NCBI RefSeq assembly: GCF_037042905.1 | Contig: NC_087246.1 | Coordinates: 7,256,001-7,320,000 of the forward strand | Direction of reading: 5' to 3' | DNA length: 64,000 nt | Source: Lytechinus pictus | Taxonomy: Eukaryota | Shown: positions 1 to 12,600 of the stretch, one piece after another | How the letters are laid out: the number at the start of each line of letters is the position of its first letter | Numbering within the stretch: the stretch's first letter is position 1 | Translations under genes and position numbers: made by a program | The notes under the pieces: model-generated | Seen by the model: only the letters and a program-made list of their open reading frames with translations | Databases searched by the model: none | What the model was told of the DNA's origin: nothing

Positions 1-542
1 TTCCCCAACACTTTCCTCATTTAAGAAATGTCTAAAAACTTACCTATTCTAATTTTTCTGTACGGTTTCCATTTAATGTTCATAATTTTGTAGTTATTAT
101 TCTTATGTTTCATACTCCCTATTTGTGTTTCTGTTTATTTCTTTAATGCGCTTTGTATCTGATGAAAAGGTGCTATATAAATGAAGTGTATTATTATTAT
201 TATTTCTCAAAGCCAGTTATGTATCATTATGTTTGAAAGTGAAGCACATTTTTACACATGACTAGTGAACCTTTCTTGTGTGCTAGATAAAGTTCTCAAT
301 CAATTTTATTCTCAACAACTAAAATTGAAATAAATTTTTGAATACCAGGGGTACTAAAATCTTCAACCCTAATCGGACCATTCAAAAGTATTCGAAATTT
401 GAATAGGGTTATAAAAAAACACTGCCATTATGTCAAGAGAAGGAATGTTTGTGATACCACATTACGCCAACCGGTCATCATAAAGTCATCTGAAACAGTT
501 CCATGAAATACCATCCTAGTCAATGAGAAACTACATACTTAC

Positions 543-691
543 TTAATGAGACTATTATGCTTTGTGACAAGGTATGTGAGCTCTAATGATCCACGGCTAG
601 AGATCTCCTTCTTGGTCATCTGAGATGGATCAATGGACAATGTTTTTCCTGTCAGATAGAATTCTTTAGGAACCTTCCCTCCTCTTCTTAC
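543..691 (-). CDS. SEC14L2: Gene A exon 10 (VRRGGKVPKEFYLTGKTLSIDPSQMTKKEISSRGSLELTYLVTKHNSLI)
   Basis: tcgtag| ... |gtaagt; 149 nt; start of the GOLD domain. Confidence 0.95.
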
Positions 692-3600
692 CTACGATAA
701 GAGATAGGGCAAATATATTATCAACACTGATTAATCTAAGAAATAAACAGATCACTCACACTTGATTCAATTAGAATGCAATTAGTATTACTCCAATTGA
801 TGATCATCCCAACAAAAAGTGCTTTTATATTGGACTTTATTCTCAAAGATACAGCACTGTGACACATATTTCCTGTCATTTAAACAAGTTATTCTTCAAA
901 TGTTAACAGGAAGGGAGGGGGGGGGACATATAATTTGTTTTATCAAATTATGCAATTTTCAAGCTACACACAGAAAAAAGGGTGTTTTTAACGCCTTTCT
1001 GGAGTCTCGTCTGATATCAAGAATCAATTAAATATGCAATATGATCTTTTGACCTGATCATCCTCATGAACACACGTGTGGTATTACCCAATGGTTCTTA
1101 GTAAAATAATTGATGCAGAAAGGAGGGCAATTTGAACAATAACTTGACCTTTTGACTCCTAGATGATCTTTGACCCCATCATCTTCAACACACTTGTGGT
1201 ATTACCTACCAAGTGTAAGCACAATTAATGCTTCTAAAGAAATGAGAGCAATTTGAACAAAAACTTGACCTTGGACACCATCACCCCACGAACACACATG
1301 TGGTATTACCCAAGGATCATATATACCAAGTGTCTACATAATTGATGCAGAAATAAAGAAATGAGAGCAAGTCGAACAAAAACTTCAACGTTATCATTTG
1401 TCCTTTTGACTCCTAGATGACCTTTGACCCCATAGCCCTCATGAACACACATGTGTTACTACCCAAGGATCATATGCACAAAGTGTCAACATAATTGATG
1501 AAGAAATAAAGAAATGAGAGCAAGTCGAACAAAAACTTTTGTAACAGACATGACCAAATATCATTTAACCTTTTGACACCTAGATGACCTTTGACCTTAT
1601 CACCCTAAAAAAAACCACATGTGGTATTACCCAAGGATCATATGTACCAAGTATAAACTTAATTGACATAGAAACAAAGAAATGAGAGCAAAGAAATGAG
1701 AACAAAATCTTTTAACATTTTTGTAACAGACAAACAGACCAACACACTGACAGGAAAAGTGAATACTAGGTCAACATGTTTGCCTCGTAAAGAGAAAGAA
1801 AGATGAGACAAAAGGGATGAAGGAGATAAAGGATACTTGATCATTTCATAGAGCTTAGTATTTCTTCTATATATGACCAAAAAAAATACATATTTTAAAA
1901 TCCATTTGGAACCACAAAAGCATATTTCATATTGAGTTGACTTACAATAGAAGGACATTGACCATCGCCATCTTCCTCCCTGGTTCCTCCCCAATATCTT
2001 GGAAGTACCTCTGCATCAATGTTCTTAAGAAGAACTTCTGCAAAGTTATCTGTTCAAGAGAACAAGTAGTACTTAATGAAATGGTGCCATGTTATTCTTT
2101 CAAATATTCAATGGTTAAAAAAGACAGCTGAGCTTAGAAGATCTAAATATTACACATTAACCCTAATTTTTCGCGGTAAATCCGCCGCACAAATTTTTTT
2201 TAACGCGTCGCTCGCTGACTTTTTACTTTAAAGTCTCATGCAACTTTTGAGACTAAAAAGAATTGCGGAAAAAACGTGAATTTGTGTACAAATCCAATGC
2301 AGATAGTGTTTTTAGGCAAAATTCACATATGTATCATTTCTCCTTTTACTGATTAAAATCAATCGATTTCATCTTGTGTATGGTCAAAATAAAGTCCCCA
2401 ACAATTTCCATTGAAAAAACAATAAAGAACAAAAGTAAAAAACAAAGAAATAATAAATAAAATTCAGAAAACAATAAATATAAGAAAATAAATGTGATGT
2501 ATACCAATCCAAGTGCATTTTATCATATTCCTATAAAGAGTTTGTAAACCAATAATCAGCATTTTAGGGGCAATATTTAATTTATTTGAGCAAAGTTTTG
2601 ATTTTATGCATAAATCAGCATGATTAATAAGCAATGAGATTTTTTTTGCAGAATTAGATCATGTACTTTTTTAGATTATACCATGGGTCACGCGCGTGTC
2701 AATTTTCGTCATGATCGCGCAATAAACGGCCGAGATCAGCCCCCCCCCCCCCCAGTCTTCTAAGGCGTCGAAATAGCCCTGTCTGTTTAGGGTGAAATAT
2801 ATCACAGACAATTTGCATTAAATCCAAGATGAAAAAGAGGTGAAAGTTTGCTTCATAATTTTTCCTTCACATTACACAAAGTTACACCGGATGTATAATT
2901 CAAAGTTACTGATGTGGCAAAAGATATCCTGGTAAGAGACTAATAATATATTTTACATATTTTGATAAGAAATAAAACAATGAGATGTGTGGACACCTGC
3001 TTAACTTGATAAGATTGTTTTCATGGGCTTTTTTTTCTAGAAACACAATGAATGTCAAAGTTTCCTCAAAAGTTTGAGTGACAATCATTTGGCTCAGGCT
3101 TAGAAATGGTGTAAAAAGTCTTCTTCATAAAGAAGCTTGAGCACTTTTAACCTGCTTATTCCTCAACAATAATCCCCCCCCCCAAAAAAAAAAAGTCAGG
3201 ATTTTTCCTTCTGGAAAATTTATTTGGGAACATTATCCACACATTGGAAGGCATGGAGGGGGAGAAAATTACCTTTACAGAAGACTGTCCTGTTGCGTGT
3301 GCGTTCACCAAGGAAAGGACTGACAAGAGAGTAAAGGAGAGGAAAGAGACGAGGACTACGAAGGATGTATACACGATACAACAACTCTGGAAAATGATCC
3401 TCGCACAAGTTCACAACCTGATTAAATAAAAGTAGTTATAACCATGACAATTTTCATTTCTATTAATCTCTATATTCATTCTCGTCAAAATCACAACAGA
3501 GTACCGAAATGTGACGTCACTGTCATGACAACAGAGCGGCTAATTTTAAACAGAGTCGTAGCTGACGACCGTCTTTACACATTTGTATTTGCAAAGATTA

Positions 3601-6600
3601 CCATCATTCTGAGGTTGCAAGCGATGAAATTCCATTAGCAGCCATTTTCTCCTATGAGAAACACGCTCCGGGTTCATTTGTTTAGAACCAGGCCACCATG
3701 ACACCAAGATAACTGATGTCACCACTTCGGTACTCTACAGAGAATACATCATATAAGTGCACAATAATTTACAAATATAAGGCTTCTGATAATATCATAA
3801 TTAAAATATCATACAAATAATACACAGTAATTTTTAGGAGTGTCAGTGGTCCTGTAGAGCACTCAAGGGTATTAACAATGTGTGAGAAGTACAAGGTGCT
3901 TTTTTTTTTTTTACAAATTTTCGGCATTACTCCTATCGGTATGCTTTGACAAGATTGACAAATCAGTATGCTCGATCTGTAATGAAAATCATAAGTCAGA
4001 AAAAATTGGAACCAGTGGGATTCGAACCTGCCATCATCTGCTTTCCCACTGGTTCCAATTTTTTCTGACTTATGATTTTCATTTCGAATCGAGCATACCG
4101 ATCTTAAACAAATAGAGGAGTAATTTTCTCCAATTCTCCTATCAAAGCCTCTTCATTTACTATCTATTGTCCACGACAGACGGCATTCGGATACTATGAG
4201 TCAGAAAGAAGAGGATCGAGGGTATTTGAATTCCAGTTCATCTCGGCTTAGGCGTGAACCAGAATAGCCTGGTGGTTAAGTCGCTGCCCGGAAAGCAGTA
4301 GATGGCAGGTTCGAATCCCACTGGTTTCAATTTTTTCTGACTTATGATTTTCATTACAGATCGAGCATACCGATCCTAAACAAATAGGAGTAATGCCGAA
4401 AATTTGTAAACAAATTATAATTTTCTCCTATTAAAGCCTCTTCATTTACTATCTATTGTCCATGGCGGACGGCATTCAGATACTAATGAGTCAGAAAGAA
4501 AAGGATCGAGGGTATTTGAATTCCAGTTCATCGTGGCTTAGCCGTGAACCAGAATAGCCTGGTGGTTAAGTCGCTGCCCGGAAAGCAGTAGATGGCAGGT
4601 TCGAATACCACTGGTTCCAATTTTTTTCTGACTTATGATTTTCATTACAGATCGAGCATACCGATCTTAAACAATAGGAGTAATGCCGAAAATTTGTAAA
4701 CAAATCATAATTTTCTCCTATTAAGCCTCTTCATTTACTACAAGGTGCTTGTGCCGAATATTACGTATAGCCAAATGCATGCATCACAAATTTTAACAAT
4801 GTGCATTATTTGTTTTGTAAAATGGGTCAGCAGTATGAATGTATTGGACAATTCATTAAAATCCATTCTAAGTTTCAAGTTTCCACTGATTGCAAAGAAA
4901 AAGAGGCAACATCTTCTTCTATTATGACATCACAAGTGTAGCCGGTATGTTAAGTGTACATGAGAACTCATATGAAAATCCTTGTCATAATTTTCTCTTT
5001 GAAAAAACATGTATTTCAGAGAGTCTCAGGATTTATATGCATCAGAAGAGAATTGATGCATCCAATATGTATAGTGCTGCACCCAGTATGAATCATGTGA
5101 CTTGCATACATACTCGCTATTGGCTACATCGTTGGAATTGTTTAACAAATTACTTAAATACAATTATATAAGCTAACATGGGTATTATAAAACATTACTT
5201 ACAGAAATTTGTAGCTGAGTAGATGGCCTTGAGAGATGCTGTCTTCCAAGATGCTCAAAGTCCATAATAAAATGGATTCCTTCAACCTTGGTATTCAACT
5301 GCCAAAAACACCAAAACATAATAAATTCTAAGTCTGAAAACAGACACTAATTTCATTCTGAGAATAACAGCAGCTATAAAAAAAAGAAAAAAAATGGAAA
5401 GCTGTAATAATTTTCCTTTGTATTGTGATAACTTTTAATATCAAACTTGCGATCTAAACATCTCTGATTTTCTGAATTTTCCACTAGAGTTATAGAGTGA
5501 CTCATTTGAGTAATTGTGAAGCATGGGCATTACATAACAATCAATAATAAAACCATTTACTATTTCAATAATACAAAAGCATTTTATTTGAGATATTTTG
5601 ATTTGTGCAATACATTCCAGCATATCACTACATATTAGACAATCAAGTTTGCTTAAGTCAATCTTATCTTAATATGTGAATTAATGATCACATTAGATCA
5701 ATTTTTCAAAATAAGGCAAAACATGTGTTATTACCTTTTGTAAGTAATAATGTTTCTATAGTCCATGAGTTGGGCAGAGTTGACCACAATACAAGAAGGG
5801 AAGTTTATTTTAATCCTAACTGAATAATTGCAAACATGATACAGTACGACCAAAGAAAACTGATGATATCAATGACATACTTTTATATGGGAGTGTAGCA
5901 TTCAAGAGATAGCACAAAATTCAACTTTTAAAATTCCAAATTCTGATGTACATAGATGAGCTTCACCAAACTGTCATTGCCATGTTTCTGTAATTTTTTT
6001 ACATTCATTAAAAGTGACAAATTTGAGGGTGAAAAGAAACTTTAAGACAATACCTTCCTTGATTGTTGAATCATAAGGTCATTAAGACCAGAGAAACGTT
6101 GGATGTAGAACTTCATTATGTCTGTCTGTGTCACTGAATGTAGAAGGCCTGAGATTGGAAAAACAATGAGAGAAAAAAAGTATATTTCACTACATATATC
6201 TTTAATGCCACACTATCACTTCCAATTATGATTTTTTTTAGGCATCTGAATATTGTATATTGTCATATTTTTTCCTCTCTCAACAGAGAACTCAATAGTA
6301 AAAACAAAAAGAAAATGTTCATATGTTTCAATCATAATGGTGAAACTTTTATATAGGATTCCACAAGGAAGTACTCTGTAATTCAAAAGGATCTTGAATA
6401 CAGTGGTCAATAATTGAACAAAAAATACATATCCTTTAGTTGTAAGAAAATCTAAAATTATTGAATATATAAAGGCATATAGTATCTTACTGGCACAATG
6501 AGTAAGATAATATCAAAGGAGAACCACAATGTGTCACACTGTGAACATACTCTGATGAGCATCTAGAGATAAGCAGGAAAACAGGTTTTCAATATTTTGC

Positions 6601-9600
6601 TTGCTATTCATGACATTATTGTGCATTACCTTACAATAATTTTTTATACCTATTTCTGTATCAATGGCTGTGTTGAAGAAACAAATTACTATGTACAGGT
6701 GTAGATGCTGAAATTCAAACTGTACATGTTACATTCATACCTTTGAAATCAATTAGACCAAATGGATCCAGAAAGATAGGTCGACCATCTTTACCAAAGC
6801 CAATAGTCCCTCCAATGCGATACTTCTCTAAAACCTGTTGGTAAAAATTTATACAGTCCTCTGTCAGAAAATTGTAATAAAGTATGCGTGCCAAACACAG
6901 GGCTGGTAACCTGAACATTTCAGTATTTTAAAAGCTGAAAATAAGTATTTTGGTGGGAAAATTAGTATTTTCAAAGAAATACCATAGAACACATACAACT
7001 GAAGCTTTAGAAATGCAGTACATTGCATAGAACCATCAGTATCCTTCTATTTTTTCAGTACTAAATTCTGAAAAATCATTACTGCTTGGCAGCTCTGCAA
7101 ACACCCTATTTTGGACGGTCAAGTCCACCTCAGAAAAATGTTGATTTGAATAAACAGAGAAAAATCAAACTAGCATAATCATTAATGCTGAAAATTTCAT
7201 CAAAATCGGATGTAAAATAAGAAAGGTATGACATTTTAAAGTTTCGCTTATTTTCCACAAAACAGTTATATGCACAACTCAGTGACATGCAAATGAGACA
7301 GTCAATGATGTCCCTCACTCACCATTTCTTGTTTTTTTTATTGTTTGAATTATACAATATTTCATTTTTACAGATTTGACAATAAGGGCCAACTTGACTG
7401 AACCATATAGTATTAGAATAATGCTTATTCCAGGTGTTAAGGGGGGCATTAATTTTTGTTTTACTTGACAATGCGGAGAAAATTAGAATATTTCACATTT
7501 CATATAATAAAATACAAAAGAAACAGTGAGTGGATGACGTCATAGGTCTCCTCATTTTCGTACTGACCAGGATGTGCATATATAACTGTTTTGTGAAATA
7601 AAGCGAAACTTTAAAATGTCATAACTTTCTTTATATTTTACATGCAATTTTGATGAAATTTTCAGTGTCTTGCTCGTTGGACTTTTCTCTTTATCTTCAA
7701 ATAAACTTATTGTTTGGGTGCACTTGTCTATAATAACAGAACATTTCTAAATCAAGAATAAAGTAAGTCAAATTAAAGCAATTTAAAGCCCAATATTACA
7801 ATTTTTAGCCGGGGTTCCCCTTTCATTGCAGGTGTGAATAAACATACAGGGTACTGGAAAATATATCCATTATAATTTGATTCTTATAAATTAACAATAT
7901 TGTGGCTCTGCTAATAAAACCTCCACACTTAAAAAAATTTGACGGCAGCTTAGAAAAGGCTGTATTTTAAAAATATAGCAATGGTAGCAGTCTCATATTG
8001 TGTGAAAAGAGGCTCCTGATACCTGCTAAGAACTCTTTATAGGCAAAAGAAGGTTGCTACCTATGTTATAACTTTAAAATTTAGCTTATTTGGAGCTGTC
8101 ATCAAAATATCTAAATTTTGAGATACAAAGTTTCATCAAACCAGTAGCAATATGCATCATCATTGATAAACTGAGAGCAAATTTGAAATTAAGAATCATT
8201 GCAAGATACTCTTACCTAACCAACAGATTTAAATTCCTACAAACTCTCACTTACCTCAGGAATCTTAAAGTCTTGTGCTATTGTTGCAACCTTGTTTTCT
8301 TCTCTCCAAACTACATCCTGTAATAAAGAAAACAGCAAAAACACATACAATCATAATACCATTAATGCCATTTAATTCATATTTTCTTATATATATGTCA
8401 ATACATCCAAAAAAAAATTAATACATGGGGCAGGAGGTGAAGGATTGAACAATTAAATGTCCTAGATCAGTCTGCAGACACAGACTATGAATGATATCAT
8501 GTGGGATTTGAGAGAAGTCTAGCAGAAGTACCAACTTGGTTTGTTTTCAGATGTTTGACGGTTTGTATGGTGGTATGAATTATCGCGAAAGTAGTTTACA
8601 GTACACCATGTGTTAAGTCCCAGAAAAAAGACTTAGAAAAGTGGATAGAGGTATGAAATGGAGAGGCGAGAAAGTGGAGGTTAGAAAGTAGGGTATCTCT
8701 CAGAAATGAGTGTAGTCCGGGGGGGGGGGGGGGGGGGGGGGTGGGGTACTCGACCGAAAATTGGTAGGTATGTGCTGCGGGCGAGACAAAAACCGAGGCT
8801 TTGGAGCGGGCTTATTGTAAAAAGATGGGTCCTCGGAACGGGCTTCGGACCGGAACTACAAATGTTTGTCAAAACGGGGGTCCTTGGAACGGGTCGCCTG
8901 CGTGTGCAGTGCGTATGCATCCCTATAGAATGGGCATACGTGCAATTGCGATGGTCTAACAGCGCTCTGCAGCCGCTTTTCACCGAAATTGCAGCTCTTT
9001 GTAGCGGATCAATGCAGCCGGAACGCCGAAACGAAAAATATGCAAAGCATAGTGCATGTAGCTAGCCCGGCAGCACGGGCGCGCTCGCGCAGAGGCGATG
9101 GTCTAACAGCGCTCTGCGGCCGCTTTTCACCGAAATTGCAGCTCTTTGTAGCAGATCAATGCGGCCGGAACGGCGTAACGAAAAATATGCGAAGCTTTGG
9201 AGCGGATTTCTTTCTTCTTTTTCTCAATAAGATAAAAATGCTATGCCTTGGAACAGAAATTTAAGTGTAAAAATGGGGGTCCCCTCCGCGGCACATACCC
9301 ACCACGCATTATATACTGAGTGCCCCCCCCCCCCCCCCCCCTGGGTGTAGTCCCTTAATAAAATGGAGTGTGAACCAGAGTAGAAAACCTTCGGGCTGTA
9401 GGTGAAGACATTTTCTATAAGACAGGGATGGGGGTTTGCCTGCAAACCCGGGGCCCATTTCATAACAAATTTGCAATAAACAGTTTAAAGCTACTGAAAT
9501 CATTCAATTTGATTGGCTGATAGTAAACTTGTTATATAAATAATCAATGAATTTGTTACTGTAACAAGTATTCATGAAACAGACCCAGTGCAAGACTGCT

Positions 9601-12600
9601 CCTGGATAATCTTATCATTCCAAAATAAAACATAGAATGGGATGCAAGAGGAAAATGGCATCCACAAACAAATTTGTGAATCCCCATCCACCTGTGACAC
9701 ACACAACTAATTCAGAATTCTGCAGGTCTATTGAAACAAGATCTCTCAGTGTATAATGAGAAAACAAACTAAAAAAAAGCAGATTATTTATTTTACTTTT
9801 GAGTTAAGATAAGATGTATAGATAAATTTGCACCATCATGGGGACAGGGCTTGTTTTATGTCTGGTGTTTGATCATATGGATAAATTTGACAACCACATA
9901 TGGAGATCCTAATCACTCACAATATCCATTATATACAGGGACTGCGCTCACTTCTCCATGATCTATTCAAATTGATCTTATGAAACAAAATCTTTTGAAA
10001 AGAGAATCTTACATCACACTTCCTGTAAAGCTGGACTCAATCCTCCAAGGTTGAATCCTTTTATTCATCTGGAAATCGGTCATTGTTCTGATTCTTTGAT
10101 CCCCAGAAAGAGGGATTTAAAAATTCAATAGTCTGTCTACACATGACTGTTCCATCAAAAATAGGTTGGAGAGATGAGTGATATACAGAATGTAATTTGT
10201 GTAATTCATAAAGCCCATCTTTGCTGCCCCCCCCTATCCTTTGACCACTGACTCTAAATTCACAAGCAGACTTTGATGGATTGCATCATGATTTTATCCC
10301 CCCCCCCCCCCCGATGCTCTGGAGCTCTCTTTATAAGCAAAGGTCTCGCTAGGTGGTATCAGACAGCCTCGAAGTTCGTCAGTTCCAGGTATTCTCTGAT
10401 CGGGAAATTTACCCCGATCAGAAAATACCAGGTCTTTCGGTAATGTGAAAGCAAACAACGCGTAATTTCCCCGAAAGAAAATACCCGCTAAATAGTAGGT
10501 ACTTGGCGAAATTACGAGAACTTTCGCGGGGATTTTTCCAAGGTCGCAGGTATTTTGGCAATGTGAAAGCAATTTACGGGAACTTTTAGCCCAGCGTGTC
10601 GTTGGGCGCGGGCACCGTGGGTGGCTGCTGGGCGAGTGATTTTGAATCTCGCGCCTTGCCTGCTTATACAGACCATACTGCGCATGCTCGTAACTTCAGG
10701 AACTTATCCCGAAGGGTATGTTTCGGGGCGGTGTGAATGCAGGAATAATTAATGGGTATTTTTTAGCCTAAAAAAGTTCTCGTAATTTAACGGGGATTCT
10801 TATGATCAAGGCGGTTTGAAACCACCTCATTGAACCTATGGTTCTCATGCATTTTTTTTTAGGGGGGAGGGGGTTAAATTAAGCCTGCAAAAAATCAGGA
10901 GATTAGGGCATCCCCGACCCCCATCATAGATCATCTGACATGGTTGCTGCCAGCGTTAGTTTCCTGGGGCACCAAGCTCAAATTACAGTATTTCATAAAG
11001 CTGATTGTAAATTATGCCTGGTTTTCTGCACAAATTTATGCTTGACTTGTTTTAAATGACATATCTTTAGCTGAATTGGCAGTTAATAACATGTTCCAGC
11101 TACATGTATTTGTTAAGTCACAATTAACTTCAAGAGCAGCATTATGAAACACCCACAAACAAGGTTCCAATTGTCTCCTAGTCAATCGTTAAAAAAAATG
11201 CCAAGGTTATTCATGACCGCACCCTCAAAAGTCTGTGTCATGTCTTATAGCAGCAAACATATTTCACAAGAACTTCACATTGCAAATTTGCTGGTTGGCA
11301 TCAAAGCTGACTTTGACACCCTTCTCACTACGTTCCTAAAACTAGATGACTGGAAACAAGTTTAACATGTAGTGAAAATGGTCAAAGCGATCTTGGAAGC
11401 GATCTTCCTAACCGGTTCAGAAAACCACCTTGCGATGTAGTTTTCAAGATCGCTTTGCCTCGTGGGTTTTAGCGTAAGTGAGGATACAACCGTTCTTCGG
11501 GAAGCGATCTTCGCACATTTTGAGCGCGCTACTCCAGCTGTAGAATGCCTAAACTGCGGTTTCAAATTTCACCTGAAACGTGCTTTACATCAAGTGATTT
11601 TGAAAACCACTTTCGTGTGATCAAGTGGGAACGCTAGCAAAGCGATCTTCCAAACTGGTTTCCTGAATCGGTTTTCAGTAAACTAGTTTTAGAAAGCGTA
11701 ATGTGTACGGCCTCTTCGTTAGTTCTCCCCCGGGGGGGGGGGGGGGGGCACTTCCATTGACGAGTGGATACCATGCGCGACCATGGGGTCTCAAAAAGCA
11801 CCCTAAACACGTATTTCCATATTCTGAAAATGCACCCCGTATTGGCGTGTGAAACCCTACCCTTAAGAAGTATTGGAAACAAAACGATACTCTTGGCAAG
11901 TATTCCCTGAAATTAACCCCTTAACAAGTACAGGAATATTTTGTCACTGGTCCTTCGGTCGTTGGTTTTACCTTTTAATACACATCATTTGGTTTAGTAC
12001 GACCCATGCACCTTCCACACCTTGTGCAAATCGGACTCTAAACACTTAGTGTTGGGGCAAAAAGGACATCCTTTATAAAACATTTTAATTTTGTCTTATC
12101 ATCCCCGCAAATTTGACCCTAAACACGTAACTTTCCTAGCAAAATAGATACCATTTTTTCATTATTTTTGACACCCTTATCCCGTTACGTACGTAACGTG
12201 CCCTATCTTGAAAAAGACATCATTTTTACGTGTTTTTTGGTCGCGCATGGTATCCGCTCGTCAATGTAAGTGGCCCCCCCCCCCCCCCCCCCCCCCGGAG
12301 TTCTCCTGACTCAGCCTCATCTTTGGTGTGGCCTTGGTGCCTCATGTTGAGGCCTAGACCAATAAATCAGTCTATGCTCTGCTGACACTTCCTCTTGCTC
12401 CGAGGCATCCCCTCCATCAATAGACCGATGATGGCCATAGGACTCGTAACGGTGGAGGTTCGACCGACACTTAGAGGTAAATGCCAGTTGTGGTAACGAT
12501 ATCAAAATGAGTTCGTACAGAATCCAATGAAATGACCACCAAAGTGTCCGTTTGTTTGCTGAGAAATCAGCAAATAAGCACAGGATTCGGGTCAAGCGTC

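Noticed and set aside
4256..4619. Two tRNA-like sequences (GGA in the anticodon-like loop) as functional tRNA genes
   Set aside because: T-stem is mispaired, D-arm is poor and there is no long variable arm as expected for tRNA-Ser; both are embedded in a TSD-flanked repeat.
8681..9503. Cluster of 60-120 aa ORFs with poly-Gly/poly-Pro
   Set aside because: They arise from GC-rich repeat sequence and homopolymer ends; the same applies to ORFs at 14846-15215, 23927-24690, 33725-34467 and 38575-39748.
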